DNA of 64,000 bases from the NCBI GenBank assembly GCA_044440125.1, contig JBITAJ010000022.1, positions 1 through 64,000 on the forward strand, read 5' to 3'. Numbering within the stretch: position 1 is the stretch's first letter; each line of letters starts with the position of its first letter. This document shows, one piece after another, positions 29,767 to 38,309 of the stretch. The notes beneath the pieces were generated by a model. It was not told where the DNA came from and searched no databases. It saw only the letters and a program-made list of their open reading frames with translations. This DNA is from Sedimentisphaeraceae bacterium JB056. GTDB lineage: Bacteria > Planctomycetota > Phycisphaerae > Sedimentisphaerales > Sedimentisphaeraceae. Made by a program: the position numbers and the translations under genes.

Positions 29767-31548
29767 TCAGCCCTCTGTGGAAAGCAGCTCAGTTGGAATA
29801 ACTCCCTTAGGCTCTTTCTTTCCATAATGCGTATGGAGAAGCTTATGCGAAAGAGGTCCAAGAGGCTCGCCAAGGAACTCTTTGTAAAGGAACTGTACGC
29901 TTGGATTCTGATGACTCTTACGCAGCTTGTTTTCCGCATCGGAAGTATACAGCGCAGAAGCACGTTTCCTCAGGCATTCCTCGTCAAGCGGAATACTGTT
30001 TGTAAGCGGATAAGGCTGGCCGCCTCCACCGATACAACCGCCAGGACAAGCCATGATTTCAACAAAATGATACCTGTCAGGCTCATCTTTGACAATCTTA
30101 AGCAGCTTTTCAGCATTACTCAATCCGTGTGCTACTGCTACACGAACTTCAAGGTCGCCCATCATTACACTGCCTTCTTTAATGCCCTTCATTCCACGAA
30201 CAGCATCAATATTCACTTCATCAAGCTCATCACCGGTAACAAGATAATATGCAGATCTGATAGCCGCTTCCATAACACCGCCAGTTGCACCAAATATTAT
30301 ACCAGCACCTGTATAAGCTCCGATAGGATCGTCAGGAAGCTCAGGTTTGAGGTTTACGAAATCAATACCGGCAGATTTGATCATCCACGCAAGCTCTCGT
30401 GTTGTCAGAACATAATCAGTAGCATCAAGACCTTCAACTTTAAGCTCAGGACGATCCGCCTCATATTTCTTAGCGGTACAAGGCATAACTCCGACATTAC
30501 ATATCTTACCTGGCTCAACATTAATCTTTTTGGCAAAGTATGTCTTTATGAGGGCTCCGGCCATACTCATTGGCGACTTAGCCGTTGAGATATTGTCAAG
30601 CAGATCAGGGTAGAATTGCTCAGCAAATTTCATCCAACCACTTGAACAAGAAGTTATCATAGGAAGTTTGCCGCCATTTTTAATCCTGTCAACAAGCTCA
30701 CTGCCTTCTTCCATAATTGTAAGGTCAGCAGTAAAGTTTGTATCAAATACATAGTCAAAGCCAAGCAGACGAAGTGCCGCAAATATCTGGCCTTCCATGT
30801 TTTTGCCCGGCTCAAGACCAAATGCTTCACCAATCGCAGCACGTACACTCGGTGCAACATTGACAACTTTAACAACATCAGAGTCATTAAGTTTATTGAA
30901 TACATTATCTGAGTCACTATTCTCAAGGAAAGCTGCTGTAGGACAGATATTGACACATTGACCGCAAGCAGCACAAACGCTCTCACTCATCGGCATGTCA
31001 AATGCAGGCATAACTACTGTCTGGAAGCCGCGACCGGCAAGACCCAGATTAGTTACTTCCTGAACTTCTGAACACATTCTAACGCAGCGACCGCAAAGAA
31101 TACACTTGTTAGGATTTCTAACAACTGATGGTGAAGACTTGTCCTCACTGTAATTTTTACGTTCACCTTCGAAATGCCTCTTATTTATACCCATCCTTGA
31201 AGAGAGCTTCTGAAGTTCACACATACCGTCACGCTCACAAGTGTGACAATCCTGTGGGTGATTGTCGAGAATGAGCTCGACAATATCACGACGTGCTTCT
31301 CTGATAGCCGGTGTATTGGTATGTATTTTCATACCTTCACCAACTGGTGCAGCACAAGATGCAACAAAGTTTCGTGCACCTTCAACTTCTACAATACAAA
31401 CCCTGCAAGCACCCTCAATAGAGAGTTTTGGGTGGTAACATAAACGTGGTATATGATAGCCAAGTTTGTCAGCGGCCTGCATAATTGTCTGGCCGTGCTC
31501 AACCTGGTATTCTTTATTATTTATATGAATGGTAACAAGATTATCCAT
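29767..31548 (-). CDS. hydA: [FeFe]-hydrogenase catalytic subunit, group A3 (HydA/HndD)
   Basis: N-terminal 2Fe-2S, His-ligated 4Fe-4S and 2x4Fe-4S motifs; H-cluster motifs TSCSSGW, MPCTAKKYE, EIMACPGGCIGGGGQP; ATG 31548 behind GAGG. Confidence 0.95.
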   Translation of the reverse strand: MDNLVTIHINNKEYQVEHGQTIMQAADKLGYHIPRLCYHPKLSIEGACRVCIVEVEGARNFVASCAAPVGEGMKIHTNTPAIREARRDIVELILDNHPQDCHTCERDGMCELQKLSSRMGINKRHFEGERKNYSEDKSSPSVVRNPNKCILCGRCVRMCSEVQEVTNLGLAGRGFQTVVMPAFDMPMSESVCAACGQCVNICPTAAFLENSDSDNVFNKLNDSDVVKVVNVAPSVRAAIGEAFGLEPGKNMEGQIFAALRLLGFDYVFDTNFTADLTIMEEGSELVDRIKNGGKLPMITSCSSGWMKFAEQFYPDLLDNISTAKSPMSMAGALIKTYFAKKINVEPGKICNVGVMPCTAKKYEADRPELKVEGLDATDYVLTTRELAWMIKSAGIDFVNLKPELPDDPIGAYTGAGIIFGATGGVMEAAIRSAYYLVTGDELDEVNIDAVRGMKGIKEGSVMMGDLEVRVAVAHGLSNAEKLLKIVKDEPDRYHFVEIMACPGGCIGGGGQPYPLTNSIPLDEECLRKRASALYTSDAENKLRKSHQNPSVQFLYKEFLGEPLGPLSHKLLHTHYGKKEPKGVIPTELLSTEG

Positions 31549-31556
31549 TATTATCC

Positions 31557-33449
31557 TCACTTTTTATCAATTGCACCGAATTTACAGGCTTCGAAACACT
31601 GGCCGCACTTGATACATTTATTTTGATCGATTAAATGCTTAGCTTTCTTCTCACCGCTTACTGCATCAACTGGGCAAACTCTCTTACAAGCTCCGCAGCC
31701 AACACACTTGTCGTTAATTACATAGCTTAGCATAGCCTGGCAAACACCTGCACGACACTTCTTATCGTTAATATGTTCTTCATATTCTTCACGGAAGTTC
31801 TTGATAGTACTAAGCACAGGGTTAGGAGCAGACTGTCCCAGACCGCAAAGAGAAGCCTTCTTGATCATATTTCCAAGCCTTTCAAGCTTTTCAATATCTC
31901 CGGCACGACCCTTACCTTCTTCTATTCTTGTCAGGATTTCAAGCATACGCTTTGTACCTTCGCGACAAGGTGTACATTTGCCACAAGATTCATCTTGTGT
32001 AAACTCAAGGAAGAATTTTGCTATATTAACCATACATGCGGTTTCGTCAATAACGATCATACCACCAGAGCCCATGATAGAACCGGCTTTGGCAAGTGAA
32101 TCATAATCGATTGGAGTATCAAGATAATCAGCAGGCAAGCAGCCACCTGAAGGGCCACCGGTCTGAATTGCCTTGAATTCTTTATCATTCTGTATACCGC
32201 CGCCAATTTCATAAACCATCTCGCGGAGTGTTGTACCCATAGGCACCTCAACAAGACCGGTATTATTGACACGACCGGCAAGCGCAAATACCTTTGTACC
32301 CTTACTTTTGTCAGTACCGACAGAGCTGAACCATTCTGCGCCATCAAGAAGAATAACAGGAATGTTGGCCCATGTCTCAACATTGTTAATAAGAGTCGGC
32401 TTTCCAAACAAACCACTTACTGCAGGGAATGGAGGTCTTGGTCGCGGCATTCCACGACGGCCTTCTATCGAATGCAGAAGAGCTGTCTCTTCACCGCAAA
32501 CAAAAGCACCGGCACCAAGACGAAGCTCAATATTGAAGCTGAAATCACTTCCGAGAATATTATCCCCAAGCATTCCAGCCTTCTTGGCCTGCTCAATAGC
32601 TATTTCAAGACGCTTGATAGCAAGCGGATATTCAGCACGAATATAGATAATACCCGTATCTGCACCAACTGCATAACCACCAACAAGCATACCTTCAAGA
32701 ACAGAGTGTGGATCGCCTTCGATCGTACTTCTGTCCATAAATGCACCCGGATCGCCTTCGTCAGCATTACAAACCACATACTTCTGGTCATTTTCTGCCT
32801 GAGCAGTAAATTTCCATTTAAGGCCTGTAGAGAAACCTGCACCACCACGTCCGCGGATACCGGATTCTATAATCTCATTGACTACATCCATACCCTTCAT
32901 ATCGGTTAGGATCTTGGCTAAAGCCTCATATCCTCTATTCTCGATATAATCGTCGATATTTTCGGGGTCAATTATACCGCAGTTACGCAACGCAATACGA
33001 AGCTGCCTGCTGAATATATCGAGATCGCCAAATGTTTTGTACGATCTGTTATAAAGATTATCGTCTTTAGATTCTGAAACATCTTCGCCGCCGCCGATAA
33101 GCCATTCACTAACAGGCTCACCACCGATAAGATGTTTTTCCAATATAGTCTGAGCCTTATCAGCCGTAACTTTTATGTATTTGTATGGGGTCTTACCCTG
33201 TTCAACGACTTCAATAGTCGGCTCAACATTACATCTACCGGCACATCCTTTGCGACTTACAAGAACATCTTTAACTTTTCCGCCTTCAACGGCTTCTGTA
33301 AAGATCTTCATCGCATCTCTTGAACCGGCAGCGATTTCGCATGTCGCCATACCGACATACACTTTGTATCGCATTCCTTCGCTTTTACTGTTGTTTCTCT
33401 CAACAGCTTCGGCTCGTTTTTGCCGAATTTGTTCAATTGGAGTTGACAC
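31557..33449 (-). CDS. hydB: [FeFe]-hydrogenase NuoF-like flavin subunit (HydB/HndC) with N-terminal HndB-like thioredoxin-fold domain
   Basis: GRGGAGF, NADEGDPGAFMDR, GAGAFVCGEETAL, GGPSGGC, SCGKCTPCREG, C-terminal 2x[4Fe-4S]. Confidence 0.93.
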   Translation of the reverse strand: MSTPIEQIRQKRAEAVERNNSKSEGMRYKVYVGMATCEIAAGSRDAMKIFTEAVEGGKVKDVLVSRKGCAGRCNVEPTIEVVEQGKTPYKYIKVTADKAQTILEKHLIGGEPVSEWLIGGGEDVSESKDDNLYNRSYKTFGDLDIFSRQLRIALRNCGIIDPENIDDYIENRGYEALAKILTDMKGMDVVNEIIESGIRGRGGAGFSTGLKWKFTAQAENDQKYVVCNADEGDPGAFMDRSTIEGDPHSVLEGMLVGGYAVGADTGIIYIRAEYPLAIKRLEIAIEQAKKAGMLGDNILGSDFSFNIELRLGAGAFVCGEETALLHSIEGRRGMPRPRPPFPAVSGLFGKPTLINNVETWANIPVILLDGAEWFSSVGTDKSKGTKVFALAGRVNNTGLVEVPMGTTLREMVYEIGGGIQNDKEFKAIQTGGPSGGCLPADYLDTPIDYDSLAKAGSIMGSGGMIVIDETACMVNIAKFFLEFTQDESCGKCTPCREGTKRMLEILTRIEEGKGRAGDIEKLERLGNMIKKASLCGLGQSAPNPVLSTIKNFREEYEEHINDKKCRAGVCQAMLSYVINDKCVGCGACKRVCPVDAVSGEKKAKHLIDQNKCIKCGQCFEACKFGAIDKK

Positions 33450-33496
33450 TTTTTACATTACCTTTCGAACTGCACAAGCACTATTTATTTAAACTT

Positions 33497-33517
33497 AAAA
33501 CAGCCCTTTCGGGCTGT
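33497..33517 (-). terminator. Hairpin with GAAA tetraloop and short U run between rex and hydB
   Basis: ACAGCCC-GAAA-GGGCTGT-TTT on the - strand. Confidence 0.6.
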
Positions 33518-33524
33518 CTAACAC

Positions 33525-34157
33525 TCACTGAGTAAGCTTTGTCTTTTCTGCGGCGATCACATAATAGATCAGATTCTCAAGTTCCATCTCCAGATTGATG
33601 TTGTTCACCACCACATCTTCTGAAGACAGGTTGATCGGCGCAAAATTTAAGACACCCTTTATTCCTGCGTTTCGCATCATTTCAAATACCTGTTGCGCTG
33701 CGACATCAGGCACTGAAATAACCCCGAGTTTTACCTCGTGTTCTTCAATATATTCACTCATCTGCTCAAGTGGATATACCGGAACTTGAGCTTCAGGGTC
33801 AATTTTCGATGAATCAATATCAAAAGCAGCTATTACTTGTATTGACTCTTTTTCAAAACCCTTATATCTAAGCAGAGCTTTCCCTATATTTCCGATACCC
33901 ACTACTATGACACGGTGAACCTTATGTTTACCGAATATAGTATTCATCTGATCAATAAGATCATCTATATTGTAACCGCCCCTTTTGTTGCCGGTTATCC
34001 CGAACAGAGAAAAGTCCTTACGAACCTGCGCTGATGAAGTACCGGTAGCATCAGCAAGGTTACTCGAAAAAACCTTAACAAAACCGAGAGACTTAAGCCT
34101 TGTAAGAGCATTCTTGTATCTCGATATTCTAACTATACAATTTTTATTCGTCGCCAT
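33525..34157 (-). CDS. rex: Redox-sensing transcriptional repressor Rex
   Basis: R...Y, QVRKDFSLFGITG..GGY, VGIGNIGKAL, ILNFAP-type (VLNFAP) motif. Confidence 0.95.
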   Translation of the reverse strand: MATNKNCIVRISRYKNALTRLKSLGFVKVFSSNLADATGTSSAQVRKDFSLFGITGNKRGGYNIDDLIDQMNTIFGKHKVHRVIVVGIGNIGKALLRYKGFEKESIQVIAAFDIDSSKIDPEAQVPVYPLEQMSEYIEEHEVKLGVISVPDVAAQQVFEMMRNAGIKGVLNFAPINLSSEDVVVNNINLEMELENLIYYVIAAEKTKLTQ

Positions 34158-34251
34158 TTCAACCCCCTAAACACACTATAAGATGTCCAAAAACTTGCAA
34201 CATACGGTTAAAACTCACAATATCTTTTCATTAAGACACAGCAAAGCGGGT

Positions 34252-34306
34252 AATCTAAAACATTATACGACACATGTCAATGGTTTGTTGTGATTTTTGT
34301 TCACAA
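34252..34306 (-). promoter_or_regulatory. Candidate sigma70 promoter of rex with adjacent Rex-like operator
   Basis: - strand TTGACA (34280-34275)-N17-TAGATT (34257-34252); palindrome TTGTGA-N7-TCACAA at 34288-34306. Confidence 0.6.
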
Positions 34307-34824
34307 AAACATCATTTTAATAAAAAACCTCGATCATTTTTTATCAATCCCTATTTTTAGTACTCGGAAACCGCCTATCAATATAGTATGTAAATACGAA
34401 ATACTTGTCGGCCAGAATCTAATTCAAATATTTACAAACCTACAGATCCATATATGATGCGTCCGACAAAAGTTGATAAACGTCCAATTAACCCTTGATA
34501 TCTGATTAAAATCGCAGATTTAATCAGCAACGATTGACTTTTGTCAGTTTCGCCATATATAAAGCTGTAGAATCTTTCAATAAATTTATCATACACATTT
34601 ACCGCATATTTCACCAAATATCTGATGAAATTATAGACTGTAAATGGCATAGAATACTTTTGGTGCCGCAACTATGCTATTGCATATTTGCAAATATAGA
34701 TTTTACCAACTTATCAAATAGAAGAATATCAACATATAAGCTTATATTAGAATGACTTACAAGAAACGATTGATATCAAGACAAATTGTTTGTAACGTTT
34801 TTTTGCAATAACTGAAAAAAAAAC

Positions 34825-34852
34825 TTGAAACTGCTAAACATCAGTATATAAT
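34825..34852 (+). promoter_or_regulatory. Candidate sigma70 promoter upstream of the putative sRNA
   Basis: TTGAAA (34825-34830)-N16-TATAAT (34847-34852). Confidence 0.6.
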
Positions 34853-34857
34853 GCAGA

Positions 34858-35020
34858 CCTCTCAAAATAAATAGTTGACCTTAAATGGTTAGCTAACTCA
34901 TTTTTGGACTCCTTTCTTTAGTTTGTGGGCTTGTCGGGCAGGTTTCTCCCTCCTTCTCCTCCTACTTCTCCGCCTGTTCGACGAGCCCCAACCCCTAAAA
35001 GAAGCAAGCTGAAGAATTTT
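34858..35020 (+). ncRNA. Putative novel structured small RNA with CU-rich anti-SD-like apical loop
   Basis: Three helices (9, 12 and 16 bp) whose only non-Watson-Crick pairs are G-U on the + strand; 30-nt pyrimidine loop; upstream promoter; no plausible ORF. Ends approximate. Confidence 0.6.
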
Positions 35021-35234
35021 ATATAAATATGCACATACGGTTGCCTCAGGTAGTCATTCGCTGAAATAGTTATCCAGAGCTTTCCCAGCGATCCAATGAG
35101 ATCAATTTTTCTATTATTGTAGTAATTAATAGCTAATTTCTCTTTACAGTTTCATGTTTTTTGATACTATGTTTCTATTAACAGAAACGAAGAAATTCAA
35201 TGTTGCAAATATAAGGTTTTAGTAAAGGGATTCG

Positions 35235-36266
35235 ATGAAGTATTCAAGATTTTTATTAATAGCTGTAATATGCTGTATGTGCATATTAGGATGTAAGAAA
35301 AACAGTAATGAAGGCCAGCAGCAGCAAACAATACGCTTAAGTTACGCTAATTTCGCTCCAGCTTCTACTTTTGTTTGCGTTCAGATGGAAAGATGGAAGG
35401 AAGAGGTCGAAAAACGAACAAACGGTAAGCTTCAAATAGATACTTATCCGGGTGGTACACTACTTGGTGCCAAAGATATGATAGACGGTGTTATCTCTGG
35501 CCAGGCAGACATAGGCTGTTTGTGTATGGCGTATCAGCCAGGCAGGTTTTCAATAACAAATGCAACCAGTCTTCCGATGGGTATACCAGATGCAGTTGTC
35601 GGTACAAAGGTATTGAATGATATATACGAAAAATACACCCCTAAAGGCTTCAAAGACGTTAAGGTAGTTACAATGTTCACTAATTCGCCTGCCAACATCA
35701 TGAGCAAAAGACCTGTCTACACTCTTGATGATATCAAAGGTATGAATCTAAGGGCATCAGGCGGTGCAGCAAAAATCCTTGGAACATGGGGAGCTAATTA
35801 TGTTGGAATGCCCATGTCTGAAACACCTGAAGCTATACAGAAAGGCGTCGTTGAAGGACTTTTCTCTTCACTTGAAGTAATGAAAGACTTCGAATACGCT
35901 GCACTCTGCAGATATGTAACAATGACCGACACTGTCATATATCCGTTTGCAGTGGTTATGAATCAACAAACCTGGGATAAACTGCCTGCTGATGTGCAGA
36001 AAGTAATCAATGACCTAAAACAAGAACAGGCTATATGGACTGCTGAATACATGGAGACCCACGTTAAAGATGCAATAGAATGGTCTAAACTCAATCATCA
36101 TATCGAAGTCATCAATCTTGACTCTTCTGAAAAAGCAAGATTTAACGAACTGCTTAAGTCAATAATCGATCAATGGATAATTGATGAGTCGGCAAAAGGC
36201 TTACCGGCAAAACAGATAGTTGAAGACATTGACAAGATGGTAACAAAATACTCGCAGGACCAGTAA
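35235..36266 (+). CDS. dctP: TRAP transporter substrate-binding lipoprotein
   Basis: Lipobox ILGC; EVEKRTNGKL..YPGGTL, KGMNLR, E.PEAIQKGVVEG, WDKLPADVQ. Confidence 0.92.
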   Translation: MKYSRFLLIAVICCMCILGCKKNSNEGQQQQTIRLSYANFAPASTFVCVQMERWKEEVEKRTNGKLQIDTYPGGTLLGAKDMIDGVISGQADIGCLCMAYQPGRFSITNATSLPMGIPDAVVGTKVLNDIYEKYTPKGFKDVKVVTMFTNSPANIMSKRPVYTLDDIKGMNLRASGGAAKILGTWGANYVGMPMSETPEAIQKGVVEGLFSSLEVMKDFEYAALCRYVTMTDTVIYPFAVVMNQQTWDKLPADVQKVINDLKQEQAIWTAEYMETHVKDAIEWSKLNHHIEVINLDSSEKARFNELLKSIIDQWIIDESAKGLPAKQIVEDIDKMVTKYSQDQ

Positions 36267-36298
36267 TACACTTCGATAGAACTTGAAGCGGAAATATC

Positions 36299-36826
36299 GT
36301 GAACTTTCTTGAAAAAGCAACCCAAATCTGTAATAAACTATTCATATTTATTGCAGGACTTTTCTTATGCCTTATGGTGCTGCTGACGTGTCTCAATATA
36401 GTTTTGAGACTTTTTGGCCAGCCGCTTAGGGGAACAGTGGAACTCATGGGATTCTTTGGTGCGGTGACCGCTACTTTTGCGTTGGCATATACGCAAACCA
36501 AAAGAGACCATATAAGTGTAACCGTACTTTTTGACCGTATGCCAAGCATCATTCAAAAATTATCAGGCTCCTTAAATGATCTTATATGCATGATATTCAG
36601 TCTTATTGGAGCTTTGCAGGTGTGCGGCATAGCAAATGCTATATTCAAAGCCGGCGAAGTAACAGAGACACTCAGGATTTCATTCTACCCATTTGTATAT
36701 GCCTCAGCAGCAGGGTTCTTTCTGCTTGTAATAGTATTCCTGCTTGAACTGATAAAAGTAGCTATTAGAGGTTTCACAAATGATGTAAGTGCATTTGAAA
36801 AAGAATTTGAGGCTGGGGACAAGTAG
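36299..36826 (+). CDS. dctQ: TRAP transporter small permease
   Basis: Four TM segments, P.RGTVEL, HISV motif, position between dctP and dctM. Confidence 0.9.
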   Translation: MNFLEKATQICNKLFIFIAGLFLCLMVLLTCLNIVLRLFGQPLRGTVELMGFFGAVTATFALAYTQTKRDHISVTVLFDRMPSIIQKLSGSLNDLICMIFSLIGALQVCGIANAIFKAGEVTETLRISFYPFVYASAAGFFLLVIVFLLELIKVAIRGFTNDVSAFEKEFEAGDK

Positions 36827-38131
36827 ATGAGCATAACATTTATTGGAATTCTGGGAATCGCAGCCCTTCTGCTTATAATATTTGTTCTTGGCACACCAGT
36901 GAGCTTTGCGATGGCTATCGTAGGTTTCATTGGATTCTGCTGCATTACATCTCTTGATGCAGGAATGAATATGGTAGGCTCTTCTCTTTGGAACAGCTAC
37001 TCAAAATACGGATTCACACTCATACCGCTATTCATTCTCATGGGACAAATAGTCTTTCATTCAGGAGTAAATAAAAGACTGTACGATACTGCGCATAAAC
37101 TTATCGGGCATATTCATGGCGGGCTTGCAATGGCGACCATATCGGCTTGTGCGGCTTTTGCTGCTATCTGCGGATCAAATACTGCTACAGCTGCAACAAT
37201 GACAACTGTAGCCTTCCCAGAAATGTGCAAATACAATTACAACAAAAGACTAAGCTTAGGCGCAATAGCTTGCGGCTCTACTTTAGGGGTAGTAATACCT
37301 CCAAGTGTGGTTCTGATAATAATTGGATTATCAACAGAACAGTCTGTGTCAAAACTGTTTTATGGTGGAATAGGTGCAGGCATCTTCCTCACTGCATCGT
37401 TTCTCCTCACGGCATGGGTAATATGCAAAGTAAAACCAGGCTGGGGACCTTCAGGGCCAAAATACAGTCTGAAAGAACGTCTCAAATCACTTGCCGGTGC
37501 ATATGAGATGATTACCTTATTTCTGCTTGTCATAATAGGGCTTTACATGGGAATTTTTACTCCTACAGAAGCTGGTGCCGTAGGTTCGTTTCTTGCTATA
37601 CTGATAGGCTTCATACAAAAAAATCTATCGATAAAGGGGTTTCTGAATGCCTTAAAAGAGACCTTGCGAGCTTCTTGCATGGTAATCACCATAATAGCCG
37701 GCTCAGTTATTTTTGGTAAATTTTTGGCTGTGACGCGAATTCCATATGACCTTGCAAGCTGGGTAGTTGACCTGCCGGTAAATCCTACAGTAATCATGTT
37801 AGTGATATTCCTGATATATATAGCCGGTGGAGCAATAATGGACGCTTTAGGCCTACTATTAATCACAATGCCTATATTCTTTCCAGTTGCAGAAAAACTT
37901 GGATACGATCCGCTATGGTTTGGTGTAATTATCACTGTCATAACCACCTTGGGTGCGATAACTCCGCCTGTGGGAGCCACAACATATATAGTAGGCGGAA
38001 TGGCAAAAGACAGCTCTCTCAAAGATGCTTTTCGTGGCGTGGCCTATTTTATTCCAGCATACGCAGCAGCGATAATAGCAATGATGCTCTCACCTAAAAT
38101 CATCACTTTCCTGCCCTCCCTTATGAAATAA
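36827..38131 (+). CDS. dctM: TRAP transporter large permease
   Basis: IPLFILMG, GSNTATA, GTLG-like VVIPPS, FTPTEA, ITPPVG. Confidence 0.93.
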   Translation: MSITFIGILGIAALLLIIFVLGTPVSFAMAIVGFIGFCCITSLDAGMNMVGSSLWNSYSKYGFTLIPLFILMGQIVFHSGVNKRLYDTAHKLIGHIHGGLAMATISACAAFAAICGSNTATAATMTTVAFPEMCKYNYNKRLSLGAIACGSTLGVVIPPSVVLIIIGLSTEQSVSKLFYGGIGAGIFLTASFLLTAWVICKVKPGWGPSGPKYSLKERLKSLAGAYEMITLFLLVIIGLYMGIFTPTEAGAVGSFLAILIGFIQKNLSIKGFLNALKETLRASCMVITIIAGSVIFGKFLAVTRIPYDLASWVVDLPVNPTVIMLVIFLIYIAGGAIMDALGLLLITMPIFFPVAEKLGYDPLWFGVIITVITTLGAITPPVGATTYIVGGMAKDSSLKDAFRGVAYFIPAYAAAIIAMMLSPKIITFLPSLMK

Positions 38132-38309
38132 TAGTAAAACAGACCTTCACGTCTAAACAAAAAGTTGAATACGCGGAAATAATCGCTATAATCGATTTTG
38201 TAGTGGAAACTTGTGCGTATTTATCTTTTTACTGTATGTTGGTATCTGACACAGGTTGAATTAGTATATTTTTGAAGCTGCGATAAAAATAAACCTTAAG
38301 CGAGGGACG

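Noticed and set aside
29719..30588. 289-aa + strand ORF
   Set aside because: Antisense shadow of the well-conserved hydA; no motifs.
34502..34527. CTGATTAAA/TTTAATCAG inverted repeat
   Set aside because: AT-rich 9-bp arms could arise by chance; no regulator can be assigned.
34432..34755. Two short ORFs in the rex-dctP intergenic region
   Set aside because: AT-rich, mutually overlapping, no RBS or motifs.
34943..34972. GGA-rich reading on the - strand suggesting a CsrB/RsmZ-like sponge
   Set aside because: The stems contain A-C mismatches on the - strand but G-U pairs on +, the GGAs are not in separate small hairpin loops, and the promoter is on +.
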